A stretch of DNA of 64,000 nt. Origin: Nitrospirota bacterium (GTDB taxonomy: Bacteria; Nitrospirota; Thermodesulfovibrionia; Thermodesulfovibrionales; UBA6898). Both the position numbers and the translations under genes were made by a program. Under the pieces are notes generated by a model. The model was not told the DNA's origin. It saw nothing but the letters and a program-made list of their open reading frames with translations, and made no database searches. The stretch spans positions 10,943 to 74,942 of the forward strand of contig JACRLQ010000057.1 of the NCBI GenBank assembly GCA_016215155.1. Direction: 5' to 3'. The stretch's first letter is position 1; each line of letters begins with the position of its first letter. Of the stretch, positions 45,842 to 55,519 are shown piece after piece.

Positions 45842-46163
45842 TATATATTTTGTGGATTTTGAACCCTCAGTGGGTGCCGAAATCAGGAAGAGAAGACCCG
45901 CGCTGATTATTTCGTGCGACGAGGCGAATAAGCATCTGCGGACTGTTATGGTAATTCCTTTTTCCTCGAAAACAGCAAATGTCTATCCATTTGAGGTTTT
46001 TGTGAGGAGTGTCGATACCGGACTCGAGGTTGATTCGAAATTGAAGATCCCACAGATGAGGGCGGTTGACAAGGGCCGCCTGAAAAAATATATCGGCGCT
46101 CTTGATAACGACATTATTGGGGAAGTTGAAAAGGCAATAAAACTGCACCTAGCCATGGACTAA
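45828..46163 (+). CDS. Type II toxin PemK/MazF family endoribonuclease
   Basis: MMRGDIYFVDFEPSVGAEIRKRRPALIIS...VIPFSS...PQMRAVDKGRLKKYIGAL, 111 aa. Confidence 0.9.
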   Translation: MMRGDIYFVDFEPSVGAEIRKRRPALIISCDEANKHLRTVMVIPFSSKTANVYPFEVFVRSVDTGLEVDSKLKIPQMRAVDKGRLKKYIGALDNDIIGEVEKAIKLHLAMD

Positions 46164-46238
46164 GGGATATTGGTATAGTTGAAAGTTCTAAGTCCCCAAA
46201 GATTATTGAAAAAATAAAGCGGACCAGGGAGGACCAGT

Positions 46239-46673
46239 ATGCTGACAGCGAAGATAAAATATACCGATGGGATGCAGTTTGTGGGGGAGGCCGGGTCCGG
46301 ACATGCCATTGTCATGGATACAGATGGGAAATTCGGAGGGGTAAATACTGGGCTCAGGCCGACCGAGCTTCTGCTGATCGCGGTTGGCGGTTGTTCGGGG
46401 ATGGATATCGTGTCGGTCTTAAAGAAAAAAAAACAGCAGCTTACCGGGCTTGAAATCATTGTCGGCGGGGAAAAGGCCGAGGAGTACCCGCAGAAGTTCA
46501 CTGATATCAATATCGAATTTATCGTAAAAGGAAGGGGACTTTCCGAGGAAGCGGTAAAGAAGGCGGTCGACCTTTCGATGGACAAATACTGCTCTGTAAA
46601 GGCGACGCTCGAAGGCTCCGCCAAATTCACATTCTCATATAAAATTGTTGAAGACCTCCCGGCTGTTTCTTAA
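46239..46673 (+). CDS. OsmC family protein
   Basis: GLRPTELLLIAVGGCSGMDIVSVL...YCSVKATL shows the two conserved Cys contexts of OsmC/Ohr. Confidence 0.85.
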   Translation: MLTAKIKYTDGMQFVGEAGSGHAIVMDTDGKFGGVNTGLRPTELLLIAVGGCSGMDIVSVLKKKKQQLTGLEIIVGGEKAEEYPQKFTDINIEFIVKGRGLSEEAVKKAVDLSMDKYCSVKATLEGSAKFTFSYKIVEDLPAVS

Positions 46674-47106
46674 AAACATCGCCACCCTCGGCTTTATCGG
46701 GTATCTTCCCTATGCCCCCGGAACCTGGGGCAGTCTCGCCGGGGTCCTTTTCGTAGCTGCGCTCAGGCCGGCGCTTCATACTGAGCTGATCATCATCGCG
46801 GCAGGGACAATCCTGGGGGTCATCGCCTCCGACGCTGCTGAAAAGGTGATCGGCGAGGCCGACAGCGGGCATATCATTATAGATGAGTTCGTGGGGATGG
46901 TCATATCGGTAACGTATCTTCCGCCTTCGGCGGGGTATCTCATTGCCGCCTTTTTATTGTTCAGGCTCTTTGATATAGTGAAGCCGTTTCCTATCGGGTA
47001 CGTCGAGTCCTCGCTTAAGGGTGGAACAGGTGTCATGGCCGACGACATTGTTGCCGGTATCTTTACGAACGGGGTATTACAGATATGGGTCGCATATTCA
47101 GGCTGA
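46645..47106 (+). CDS. pgpA: Phosphatidylglycerophosphatase A
   Basis: IATLGFIGYLPYAPGTWGS...IIDEFVGM...FRLFDIVKPFPI...GVMADDIVAG. Confidence 0.85.
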   Translation: MLKTSRLFLKNIATLGFIGYLPYAPGTWGSLAGVLFVAALRPALHTELIIIAAGTILGVIASDAAEKVIGEADSGHIIIDEFVGMVISVTYLPPSAGYLIAAFLLFRLFDIVKPFPIGYVESSLKGGTGVMADDIVAGIFTNGVLQIWVAYSG

Positions 47107-47573
47107 TCATAAAGGACATAGCGCAGATTCTCTCCGCAAAGGGCTCTAAACTGGCCGTTGCCGAGTCATGTACCGGAGGGCTCATAAGCCACAAAATAAC
47201 AAACGTCCCCGGGGCCTCGGAATTTTTTGTGTTGGGGGTTGTCTGTTATTCGGCGGATGCAAAAGAGAAGGTCCTGGGTATCAGCCATGCGTCATTAAAA
47301 AAGCACGGAACGATAAGTAAAGAGACCGCCGTTTCGATGGCGCGCGGGGTCCTGAAAATAAGCGGCGCGGATTTCGCTATCTCCACCACCGGCGTTGCGG
47401 GGCTCGACAGAGTCGAAGGCAGCGAGTCGGGGATCGTGCATATCGCCGTCGCCAGGAAAGATACCGTGGTCTCGAAGATGTTGAAATTCGAGGGCGGCAG
47501 GGAAGAAATCAAGAGGGCGGCCGCGCTTGAGGCCCTGAATTTCCTTGCCAGGATGCTCGACGAATGGACCTGA
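47085..47573 (+). CDS. CinA C-terminal domain protein / nicotinamide-nucleotide amidohydrolase PncC
   Basis: LAVAESCTGGLISHKITNVPGASEFF...ISTTGVAGLD. Confidence 0.85.
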   Translation: MGRIFRLIIKDIAQILSAKGSKLAVAESCTGGLISHKITNVPGASEFFVLGVVCYSADAKEKVLGISHASLKKHGTISKETAVSMARGVLKISGADFAISTTGVAGLDRVEGSESGIVHIAVARKDTVVSKMLKFEGGREEIKRAAALEALNFLARMLDEWT

Positions 47574-48139
47574 GATGTTTCATAGCTGTCGAGATTCCGG
47601 CGGAACTTAAAGCGGCTATCGGCGGACTGATAGAGGCCCTGAAGAGCTCAGGCGCGGACGTAAAATGGGCCAGGCCGGAAAATATACATATAACGCTGAA
47701 GTTCCTGGGGAATACGCCCGATACGAAATTAGAGGGGATAAACAACGCGCTTGCCAGAAAATTGTCACATTACAGGCCCTTTTATATTAAAATAACTCAC
47801 ACCGGATATTTCCCTTCAGGCAGGCATCCCAGGGTAATCTGGATAGGCCTTGAAGAATCTGAAACACTTGTCCGTATTTATGAAGCGGTGGAAGAAGGCA
47901 TGTCCGAACTGGGGTTTAAGCCCGAGGACAGAAAGTTTTCACCGCATCTTACCATAGGCAGGGTAAGGTCCCAGGTGAAGATGAAGGAGCTGTTGAATAA
48001 AATGAATGAGATGCGGTCATATTTAAGCGGCGGACTCGAGATCAGTGGTGTCGTTCTGATGAAAAGCGAGCTTAAACCCATGGGACCGGAATATGAAAGA
48101 CTGGCTGAAATAAATTTTCCGAGGAGGGAAGATGTCTAG
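47564..48139 (+). CDS. thpR: RNA 2',3'-cyclic phosphodiesterase (2H family, ThpR/LigT)
   Basis: Two HxT/S motifs are present: HITLKFLG and HLTIGR. Confidence 0.85.
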   Translation: MDLRCFIAVEIPAELKAAIGGLIEALKSSGADVKWARPENIHITLKFLGNTPDTKLEGINNALARKLSHYRPFYIKITHTGYFPSGRHPRVIWIGLEESETLVRIYEAVEEGMSELGFKPEDRKFSPHLTIGRVRSQVKMKELLNKMNEMRSYLSGGLEISGVVLMKSELKPMGPEYERLAEINFPRREDV

Positions 48140-49142
48140 CAAGGAAGTCAATAAGGACAAGATCAAGGCGCTGGAGATGGCTATCTCGCAGATCGAGAAG
48201 AACTTCGGCAAGGGTTCGATTATGAGGCTCGGGGAGGGGGCGGTGCCTGAAGGGATCCAGGCCATATCTACCGGGTCTCTTACTCTCGACATAGCTACCG
48301 GTATTGGCGGGCTGCCGAGGGGCAGGGTCGTAGAGGTGTACGGGCCGGAGTCGTCCGGCAAGACTACGCTTGCCTTAAATACCGTTGCGCGGGCACAGGC
48401 CGAAGGCGGGACCGCCGCGTTCATAGATGCCGAACATGCCCTTGATATCTCATACGCAAAGAGGATAGGGGTCAATATCGACGACCTGCTTGTGTCCCAG
48501 CCCGACACCGGGGAACAGGCCCTTGAGGTGACTGAATCCCTGGTCCGCTCCGGCGCTTTGGACATAATCGTGATCGATTCCGTTGCGGCCCTGGTGCCGA
48601 AGGCGGAGATAGAGGGCGACATGGGGGACTCGCTGCCGGGTCTTCAGGCCAGGCTTATGAGCCAGGCGTTAAGAAAGCTTACGTCCGCGATTTCCAAATC
48701 CAATACGACGGTGCTTTTCATAAACCAGATCAGGATGAAGATAGGCGTGATGTTCGGAAGCCCCGAGACCACCACCGGCGGTAACGCGCTTAAGTTCTAT
48801 TCGTCGATGCGTCTGGACATACGAAAGATAGAGAACATCAAGGACAACCAGGAGATAATAGGCGGCCGGGTAAGGGTGAAGGTGGTAAAAAATAAAATGG
48901 CCCCCCCGTTCAAACAGGCCGAGTTCGATATATACTTCAATGAGGGGATCTCGAAAACCGGCGAGTTGGTGGACATCGGCGTCGAAAAGGGGATCATCGA
49001 AAAATCCGGCGCCTGGTACAGTTACGGCGGCGCCAGGATCGGCCAGGGCAGGGAAAATTCCAAGGAGTACCTGAAGGCCAATCCCGCGACCGCGCTGGAG
49101 ATCGAGGAAAAAATCCTCGAAGCCGTTAACCTGAAAAAATAG
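48132..49142 (+). CDS. recA: Recombinase RecA
   Basis: [22 protein letters not shown], Walker [35 protein letters not shown]. Confidence 0.97.
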   Translation: MSSKEVNKDKIKALEMAISQIEKNFGKGSIMRLGEGAVPEGIQAISTGSLTLDIATGIGGLPRGRVVEVYGPESSGKTTLALNTVARAQAEGGTAAFIDAEHALDISYAKRIGVNIDDLLVSQPDTGEQALEVTESLVRSGALDIIVIDSVAALVPKAEIEGDMGDSLPGLQARLMSQALRKLTSAISKSNTTVLFINQIRMKIGVMFGSPETTTGGNALKFYSSMRLDIRKIENIKDNQEIIGGRVRVKVVKNKMAPPFKQAEFDIYFNEGISKTGELVDIGVEKGIIEKSGAWYSYGGARIGQGRENSKEYLKANPATALEIEEKILEAVNLKK

Positions 49143-49156
49143 ACCATGAGGAATTT

Positions 49157-50308
49157 ATGGACATCAATGAACTTCTGAAAACCGCTCATTCCCAGGGGGC
49201 CTCGGACCTTCATGTAAAGGTCGGGTCCCATCCTATTTTAAGGATAAACGGCGCGCTGTCACCGATGAAGACCGTAAACAGGTTCTCACAGGAGGACACC
49301 CTGAAGATGGCTTTTTCGGTCATGAGTCCGACGCAGCGGGAGGTATTCAAAAAGAAAAACGATATCGACCTCGCATATAGTGTGCCCGGACTTGGCAGGT
49401 TCCGCTGCAATATATTTATCCAGAGGGGGACGATAGGACTTGTATTCAGGGTCATACCCACCAGGATCCCGACGATTGAAGAGCTGTTTCTTCCCGAGAT
49501 AATACGAAAGATATCCCTGGAGCCCAGAGGGCTCATACTGGTCACGGGAACTACCGGAAGCGGAAAATCAACGACCCTCGCCTCGATGATCGATAACATC
49601 AACGCGAACAAAACCGAGCATATCATGACGATCGAAGACCCGATCGAGTACCTCCACAGGGACAAGAGCTCGATTGTCAACCAAAGAGAGATAGGAAACG
49701 ACACCGAGTCCTTCAGCAAGGCCCTGAGGGCGGCCCTGCGGCAGGACCCGGATGTGATCCTCGTCGGCGAGATGAGGGACTTCGAGACGATACAGACCGC
49801 GCTGACCGCGGCCGAGACCGGACACCTGGTCCTGAGCACCCTTCATACAAGCGACGCCACCGAGACTATAAGCAGGATCATCTCAGTGTTCCCGCCATAT
49901 CAGCACAAGCAGGTGAGGATGCAGATAGCCTCTGTCTTAAGGGCCATCATCTCCATGCGGCTCGTGCCCAGGGCCGACGGAAACGGAAGGGTTCCGGCCG
50001 TCGAGATCCTCATCGCCACGGCGACGATAAGAGACTGCATCCTCGACCCCGACAAGACGAAGGCTATAGTCGATTATATAGCCCAGGGCGCGCTTCACTA
50101 CGGCATGCAGACCTTTGACCAGTCACTGTTCAATCTTTATAAGGCCGGTTATATCACCTATGAGGAGGCGCTAAGGAGGGCGACAAACCCCGACGACTTC
50201 GCGCTGAGGGTAAAGGGCATACATTCCACGAGTGATATGGGGTTTGACGGTTCGTCCTCCGATCAGTATAAGAAGGACGAGATGAAAATTGACCGCTTTG
50301 GGACCTGA
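49157..50308 (+). CDS. pilT: Type IV pilus retraction ATPase PilT
   Basis: ASDLHVKVGSHP, Walker A GTTGSGKSTT, ILVGEMRD, and the GHLVLSTLHT His box. Confidence 0.9.
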   Translation: MDINELLKTAHSQGASDLHVKVGSHPILRINGALSPMKTVNRFSQEDTLKMAFSVMSPTQREVFKKKNDIDLAYSVPGLGRFRCNIFIQRGTIGLVFRVIPTRIPTIEELFLPEIIRKISLEPRGLILVTGTTGSGKSTTLASMIDNINANKTEHIMTIEDPIEYLHRDKSSIVNQREIGNDTESFSKALRAALRQDPDVILVGEMRDFETIQTALTAAETGHLVLSTLHTSDATETISRIISVFPPYQHKQVRMQIASVLRAIISMRLVPRADGNGRVPAVEILIATATIRDCILDPDKTKAIVDYIAQGALHYGMQTFDQSLFNLYKAGYITYEEALRRATNPDDFALRVKGIHSTSDMGFDGSSSDQYKKDEMKIDRFGT

Positions 50309-50759
50309 CGCAAAAAAATATTCCCTGAGACTTCTTTCGGTCAGAAGCAGAAGCGAGAAAGAAATGGGGGAGAAACTCGCGGCCAGAGGTTTCGCGCCGG
50401 AGGTAATTGCTTCCACTCTCGAATATCTTAAAAAGGCCGGATTCATAAATGATTGTCTGCTCGCCGAGACCCTCATAAGACGGGCCTTCGAAACGAAACT
50501 CTGCGGATACGGGGCCGCAAGGCTTATGATGTATAAACGCGGGCTCGGCAGGGACGTTGTCGAGTCTTCGCTCAAATATGACCAGGAAGCGGAACTTGAG
50601 ACACTTAAAAAGCTGCTTGAGAAAAAAATGAGGTCCAAGGAAAAATATCAGTCGGTCATCGACAGGAAGAAATTATGGAATTTTCTTTTGCGGAAGGGAT
50701 ACTCCTCCGCGACGATAGGAAAGGTATTGAAATACCCTGATAACACGGAGGAGGCATAA
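50289..50759 (+). CDS. recX: Recombination regulator RecX
   Basis: ALRLLSVRSRSEKEMGEKLAARGF...Y-repeat three-helix modules. 156 aa with a TTG start in the ORF track. Confidence 0.75.
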   Translation: MTALGPDAKKYSLRLLSVRSRSEKEMGEKLAARGFAPEVIASTLEYLKKAGFINDCLLAETLIRRAFETKLCGYGAARLMMYKRGLGRDVVESSLKYDQEAELETLKKLLEKKMRSKEKYQSVIDRKKLWNFLLRKGYSSATIGKVLKYPDNTEEA

Positions 50760-50802
50760 CGATGCGCGACAGATCATTTCTGACTATTAAGGGGCCCTCG
50801 GC

Positions 50803-53436
50803 ATGACGAGCGCGGAGATAAGAAAGACCTTTCTTGATTACTTCAGCTCGAAGGGGCATGAGGTCGTCCCAAGCTCTTCCCTTATTCCGGGGAACGACCC
50901 GACGCTTCTATTTACCAATGCCGGCATGGTGCAGTTCAAGTCAGTGTTCCTCGGGCAGGAGAAGCGCGCCAACAGCCGCGCCGTTTCGAGCCAGAAGTGC
51001 GTCAGGGCGGGCGGCAAGCATAACGACCTGGAGAACGTCGGCCATACAGCCAGGCATCATACTTTTTTTGAGATGCTCGGGAACTTTTCCTTCGGTGACT
51101 ATTTTAAGAGCGAGGCGATCGTCTTTGCATGGGAACTGCTGACGGAAGTTTACAGGCTGCCCAGGGAGAGACTTTGGGCGACTGTCTATGAGGAGGACGA
51201 CGAGGCGGCCGGTCTCTGGCAGAAGCTGACCGGAGTCCCCCAGGACCGAATTGTGAGACTCGGCGCAAAGGACAATTTCTGGCAGATGGGGGACACCGGG
51301 CCCTGCGGCCCATGCTCGGAAATCCTCATCGACCAGGGCGGCGATATCGGCTGCCGGAGACCGGAATGCGCGGTAGGTTGCGACTGCGACCGTTTCCTTG
51401 AGATCTGGAACCTCGTTTTTATGCAGTATAACAGGGACAGCTCCGGCGGCCTCAGCCCTCTTCCCAAGCCCAGCATAGATACCGGCATGGGGCTGGAACG
51501 GCTTTCATCGGTGCTTCAGGGAAAGTATAACAATTTCGATTCGGATATCTTCGGCCCGATAATAGATGCAATCTGCCGGCAGTCGGGTAAGGCCTACCAC
51601 TCGGACCGCAATACTGATATAGCGATACGCGTAATAGCCGACCACATACGTTCCATCACGTTTCTTCTTTCCGAGGGGTTGACGCCTTCAAACGAGGGCA
51701 GGGGATATGTGCTGAGGCGCATAATCCGCAGGGCGGCCCGTTATGCAAAGTCGCTGGATATATCTGACCCTGTTCTTTTCCGGCTCTGCCGGTCCGTATC
51801 AGAGGCGATGGCCGGGGCCTATCCCGAGCTTGAATCTGATCTGCCGAGGGTAGAAAAACTCCTCAGGATGGAAGAAGAGCGTTTCAACAGGACCCTGGAG
51901 CAGGGCCTTCATCTTTTAAATAATGTAATTGGACAGGTGAAATCGGCCGGGCACGACGCGGTCCCTGGCGAGGAACTCTTCAGGCTTTATGACACCTATG
52001 GTTTCCCTCTCGATATCGCCCGCGACGTCGCCCAGGAAAACGGTCTTACGATCGACGAGCACGGTTTCCATACGGAGATGGAGGCCCAAAAGACAAAGGC
52101 AAGGGCCTCGTGGTCGTCCGAGGACGCGGCTGTCGCGCCGGTATACAAGGAACTCATGGACAGGTATAAAGCCACTGAATTTGTAGGCTACGACTCCATG
52201 ACATCCGAGTCGTCGGTGCTTGCCATCGTCAGTAAGGGTTCTCTGGTAGACCAGCTTCGGGAGGGTGAAGAAGGGGAGGTCCTTCTGGACCGGTCGCCCT
52301 TTTATGCCGAATCAGGCGGACAGGCAGGGGACGCCGGCCTGTTCCTGGGTCCTGAGGTCAGGGCCGTGGTGACCGACACCAGAAGGCCTGTCGAGGGATA
52401 TCCCCTGCACAAGGTGACCGTAAGCAAAGGCCTGTTGAGCCTTGGAGTTAGTGTAACCGCCGGGGTCGATGTCGCGAAGAGGACCGCGACCATGCGGAAC
52501 CATACCGCGACGCATCTCATTCACGCGGCCCTCAGAAACTCCCTGGGGACCCATATTAAACAGGCAGGTTCCTTCGTCTCATACGAGCGGCTGCGCTTTG
52601 ATTTCACTCATTTCGACGCGCTGGACCATGACACGATCGAGGCGGTCGAAGACGAGGTCAATGACAGGATACTCAGGAATCTGGCCGTAACTACGACTGT
52701 CATGGAGACAAAAAAGGCGATTGAATCCGGCGTGACGGCCTTATTCGGCGAAAAATATGGCAGTGAGGTCAGAGTAGTCGAAGTCCCGGATACAAGCTCA
52801 GAACTCTGCGGCGGCACCCATGTCCATGCCACCGGGGACATCGGTCTATTCAAAATACTCTCTGAAGGCAGTGTGGCCTCGGGCATAAGGAGGATCGAGG
52901 CGGTCACGGGAAGGGCGGCCTTGCAATATTTCAGGGACGAAGAGAATGAACTCAGGCTGGTTTCTGAACTCCTCAAGACCACGGAGAACCCCTCCGAAAG
53001 GCTCAGGAAGATGATTTCTGAAATGAAGCACCTTGAAAAGGAACTCGAATCATATAAGGGAAAATCCGCGGCCGAGAAGTCGGAACAGCTGATTAAGATG
53101 ACCAGGGATATAAACGGCGTCAAAGTGATCTCCTGCCGGGTTGACGGTCTTGATGGAAAGGACTTAAGGACGATGGCCGACAACGTCAGGGAGGGCATGG
53201 GCTCCGGAGTCCTGCTGCTGGCGTCCGTAAAGGACGACCAGGCCTCAATGGTGGCGATGGTGACCAAAGACCTGGTCCAGAAATATAGCGCCGGCAGTCT
53301 GTTGAAGCAGGTCGCGGCGATGGCAGGCGGGAAGGGCGGGGGCAAGCCGGACCTTGCCCAGGGCGGCACAAAGGACCTCGATAAGATAGACAGCGCCCTT
53401 GAAGCTCTATACGATATAGTCAAACAGCTGAAATGA
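50803..53436 (+). CDS. alaS: Alanine--tRNA ligase
   Basis: 877 aa. FLDYFSSKGHEVVPSSSLIP.NDPTLLFTNAGMVQFK, HHTFFEMLGNFSFGDYFK, the editing domain HTATHLIHAALR and a C-terminal DHHA1-like domain. Confidence 0.97.
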   Translation: MTSAEIRKTFLDYFSSKGHEVVPSSSLIPGNDPTLLFTNAGMVQFKSVFLGQEKRANSRAVSSQKCVRAGGKHNDLENVGHTARHHTFFEMLGNFSFGDYFKSEAIVFAWELLTEVYRLPRERLWATVYEEDDEAAGLWQKLTGVPQDRIVRLGAKDNFWQMGDTGPCGPCSEILIDQGGDIGCRRPECAVGCDCDRFLEIWNLVFMQYNRDSSGGLSPLPKPSIDTGMGLERLSSVLQGKYNNFDSDIFGPIIDAICRQSGKAYHSDRNTDIAIRVIADHIRSITFLLSEGLTPSNEGRGYVLRRIIRRAARYAKSLDISDPVLFRLCRSVSEAMAGAYPELESDLPRVEKLLRMEEERFNRTLEQGLHLLNNVIGQVKSAGHDAVPGEELFRLYDTYGFPLDIARDVAQENGLTIDEHGFHTEMEAQKTKARASWSSEDAAVAPVYKELMDRYKATEFVGYDSMTSESSVLAIVSKGSLVDQLREGEEGEVLLDRSPFYAESGGQAGDAGLFLGPEVRAVVTDTRRPVEGYPLHKVTVSKGLLSLGVSVTAGVDVAKRTATMRNHTATHLIHAALRNSLGTHIKQAGSFVSYERLRFDFTHFDALDHDTIEAVEDEVNDRILRNLAVTTTVMETKKAIESGVTALFGEKYGSEVRVVEVPDTSSELCGGTHVHATGDIGLFKILSEGSVASGIRRIEAVTGRAALQYFRDEENELRLVSELLKTTENPSERLRKMISEMKHLEKELESYKGKSAAEKSEQLIKMTRDINGVKVISCRVDGLDGKDLRTMADNVREGMGSGVLLLASVKDDQASMVAMVTKDLVQKYSAGSLLKQVAAMAGGKGGGKPDLAQGGTKDLDKIDSALEALYDIVKQLK

Positions 53437-53489
53437 TTAATATGCTTCTGCTTACGGAGTAACGTCATCCATTCAGGCAGGGAGGCCAT

Positions 53490-53669
53490 ATGTACGCGGA
53501 CGTGGAAATAGTAGAGGGCGGGAAACTGATAAAGAAAGAAAAGATGAAACTGAAGCTGGTAAAAGAGTTCAAAAACGGCATTGTCATATATGAAAACGAG
53601 GGCGGGGAAGCTGTTATGTATTTAAAAAATGAGGGCAGATACACCCTGGTCTCCATAGATTTGGCCTAG
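53490..53669 (+). CDS. Small hypothetical protein (59 aa, below the ORF-track cutoff)
   Basis: The ATG at 53490 is preceded by CAGGGAGG. It encodes MYADVEIVEGGKLIKKEKMKLKLVKEFKNGIVIYENEGGEAVMYLKNEGRYTLVSIDLA. The composition looks protein-like, whereas the opposite-strand 63-aa ORF is low-complexity. Confidence 0.35.
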   Translation: MYADVEIVEGGKLIKKEKMKLKLVKEFKNGIVIYENEGGEAVMYLKNEGRYTLVSIDLA

Positions 53670-53781
53670 CAGGCTGTTGAAAAAGTGTTTTCAGATGTTT
53701 TAGCGTCATTCCCGCGCAGGCGGGAATCCAAGTGTTTGATTTTAATGAGAATGGATTCCCGACTACTACCTCGGGAATGAC
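53670..53781. repeat. MITE-like palindromic repeat, copy D (right end missing)
   Basis: The left TIR is CAGGCTGTTGAAAAAGTGTTTTCAG, identical in core to copy C. Hairpin 1 is GTCATTCCCGCGCAGGCGGGAATCC (53705-53729). Hairpin 2 is GGATTCCCGactactacctCGGGAATGAC (53753-53781). No right TIR follows. Confidence 0.7.
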
Positions 53782-53890
53782 AACTACTAGATTTTTTTTG
53801 TGACCTATCATATAAATGTATGTATGAGACACTACGTTAGTCTGGAGAGAATGTGACAAAGAAAATCCGCTGGTCGGGGACTGATATCAG

Positions 53891-54235
53891 CTATGAACCG
53901 CCGGAGCGTTTCGGTCTGTAGCCCATATTTGACAAAACAGTAATAACGGCGCCGCAGTGATCACCCTGTATTTCAATGGATGAGTCCCTGACTGTTCCGC
54001 CGGCGCCCAACCCGGCTTTCAATTTCTTCAGCAGTGTCTCCGTGTCCTTCACAGACAGATGGAGGCCGTCTATTATAGTCACTGATTTCCCGCCGCGCCT
54101 CTTCCGGTCGAGCCTGACAGTCACCTTCCGCTGATGCGCACCAAGCGCAGGCTTGAGGCTTTCTTTGGCCGGTCTTTCCTTCCGGGCAACAGCCTTTTCC
54201 GTGGAGTAGACCAATTTAGAGGCTTCTTCAGGCAT
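53891..54235 (-). CDS. yciH: Translation initiation factor SUI1/YciH family
   Basis: VTVRLDRKRRGGKSVTIIDGL...LKKLKAGLGAGGTV....IEIQGDH. Confidence 0.85.
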   Translation of the reverse strand: MPEEASKLVYSTEKAVARKERPAKESLKPALGAHQRKVTVRLDRKRRGGKSVTIIDGLHLSVKDTETLLKKLKAGLGAGGTVRDSSIEIQGDHCGAVITVLSNMGYRPKRSGGS

Positions 54236-54268
54236 GATCTGTCCCGGACGAATTTCGGAGCAGGTGGT

Positions 54269-54502
54269 CTATTCCCCGATCTGCCATTTATGTTTCAGAT
54301 ACAATGTCTCGACTTTCTTTCTGGCCCAGGGTGTTCTTCTTAGAAAGTGAAGGCTGGATTTTATATTCGGGTCGTAATTGAAACATCTGATGCGGACCAA
54401 CTTTCCCATTTTCTCCCAGCCATGAAGGTCCACAAGCCTGGTCAGAATCATTTCCAGGGTGACGCCATGGAGAGGATCAATAGATCTATTTTCGGTCATC
54501 AT
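54269..54502 (-). CDS. VF530/DUF2132 family DNA-binding protein
   Basis: DPLHGVTLEMILTRLVDLHGWEKMGKLVRIRCFNYDPNIKSSLHFLRRTPWARKKVETLYL. Confidence 0.75.
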   Translation of the reverse strand: MMTENRSIDPLHGVTLEMILTRLVDLHGWEKMGKLVRIRCFNYDPNIKSSLHFLRRTPWARKKVETLYLKHKWQIGE

Positions 54503-54617
54503 TAAACGCCATGCAGGGCATAGTAGTTCATTATACAGTAATCCATGGGTTCCCGGCTAACTTGTTGAAACCGCGCATATTGGAATATAATTCAAAAAAT
54601 GCCAAAAAGGAGTTCAG

Positions 54618-55139
54618 ATGCAGTTACTGCGGAAGATATTGAATGCCGGTAAAGCGCGGGCTGAAATGGATGCATCCATACAGGACGTCATCGACAACCT
54701 AAGGCTCATTTCGAAGGGGGAAAGGGACGTGGGAGAGTTTTACCGGCTCTGCGGGGAGGTCCTGACCGATGATAAGGAATTCTGGATTAAAATGGCTGCC
54801 AGCGAAAGGGCCCATGCCGAGATCGCGCTCAGGATGGCGGCCCTTGTAGAGACAGAACCATTTAAATACAGGCCCGGACGGGCCTTCAGTGCGGTGCTGA
54901 TCAGACTGTTCGGACTTCATCTGAGCAACCTCGTCGAGAGCATGCGCGCCGGAGAGATAAAGAAGGATGAGCTTTTGACCCTGGCGGCCGATATCGAGAA
55001 TTCAGTGGTTGAATTGAACTACGGAGAGATCGTTGAGACCGAAGTGCCGGAATTCCTCGCAATGGCGCGCCTGCTGGAGGAGGAGACCGGGGCGCACAGG
55101 CAGTCGATTGAAAAGATGATAAAAAATTCGCGGGACTGA
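54618..55139 (+). CDS. Hypothetical protein, possibly ferritin-like/rubrerythrin-like four-helix bundle
   Basis: 173 aa. GEFYRLCGEVL...FWIKMAASERAHAE resembles the E..H-containing helix pairs of COG1633-type proteins. This is a weak inference. Confidence 0.35.
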   Translation: MQLLRKILNAGKARAEMDASIQDVIDNLRLISKGERDVGEFYRLCGEVLTDDKEFWIKMAASERAHAEIALRMAALVETEPFKYRPGRAFSAVLIRLFGLHLSNLVESMRAGEIKKDELLTLAADIENSVVELNYGEIVETEVPEFLAMARLLEEETGAHRQSIEKMIKNSRD

Positions 55140-55179
55140 TTAGAATACTCAGCCTGGGTCCTAAAAGGAAGGTCAGGAA

Positions 55180-55413
55180 ATGGAAGGAAAAAACAGGAGC
55201 GATATAAGGCCGGGCATGGCGGTATCAATAGTCCTTAAAAAGGACCAGCGCTCAGGCACGTTAACGGAAGGAACAGTTCAAAATATACTTACCAGCAGTC
55301 CCTTTCATCCTCATGGTATTAAAGTAAGACTCTCAAACGGCGCGGTCGGACGGGTAAAGGTCATAAGGCAGGGCTTCTCCACCACACGGGTTGACGGTCA
55401 TCGGGATCCATGA
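55180..55413 (+). CDS. YwbE family protein
   Basis: RSDIRPGMAVSIVLKKDQRSGTLTEGTVQNILTSSPFHPHGIKVRLSNGAVGRV. Confidence 0.75.
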   Translation: MEGKNRSDIRPGMAVSIVLKKDQRSGTLTEGTVQNILTSSPFHPHGIKVRLSNGAVGRVKVIRQGFSTTRVDGHRDP

Positions 55414-55519
55414 TATAAGGTAAACAGGAGAAAGGGGCATACACCATGACGGATGTCGTTTTATTTGCTGAAGCCTGTTTACGCGGTTGGGAGATAGATA
55501 CTGGTCCGGCCGGCGCGGC

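Noticed and set aside
38530-46238. tRNA or tmRNA gene as the integration site at the borders of island 2, and likewise at island 1
   Set aside because: I found no cloverleaf-compatible sequence (GTTCGAATC-type T-arm with an acceptor stem) by eye in the border regions. A tRNAscan-type search would be definitive.
52608-53489. 293-aa minus-strand ORF
   Set aside because: It is antisense to the C-terminal third of alaS. It is serine/leucine-rich and low-complexity, with no start context.
14335-53781. CRISPR interpretation of the recurring GGGAATGAC / GTCATTCCCG repeats
   Set aside because: The copies are tens of kb apart. Each is internally palindromic with its own inverted ends. There is no regular repeat-spacer periodicity and there are no cas genes.
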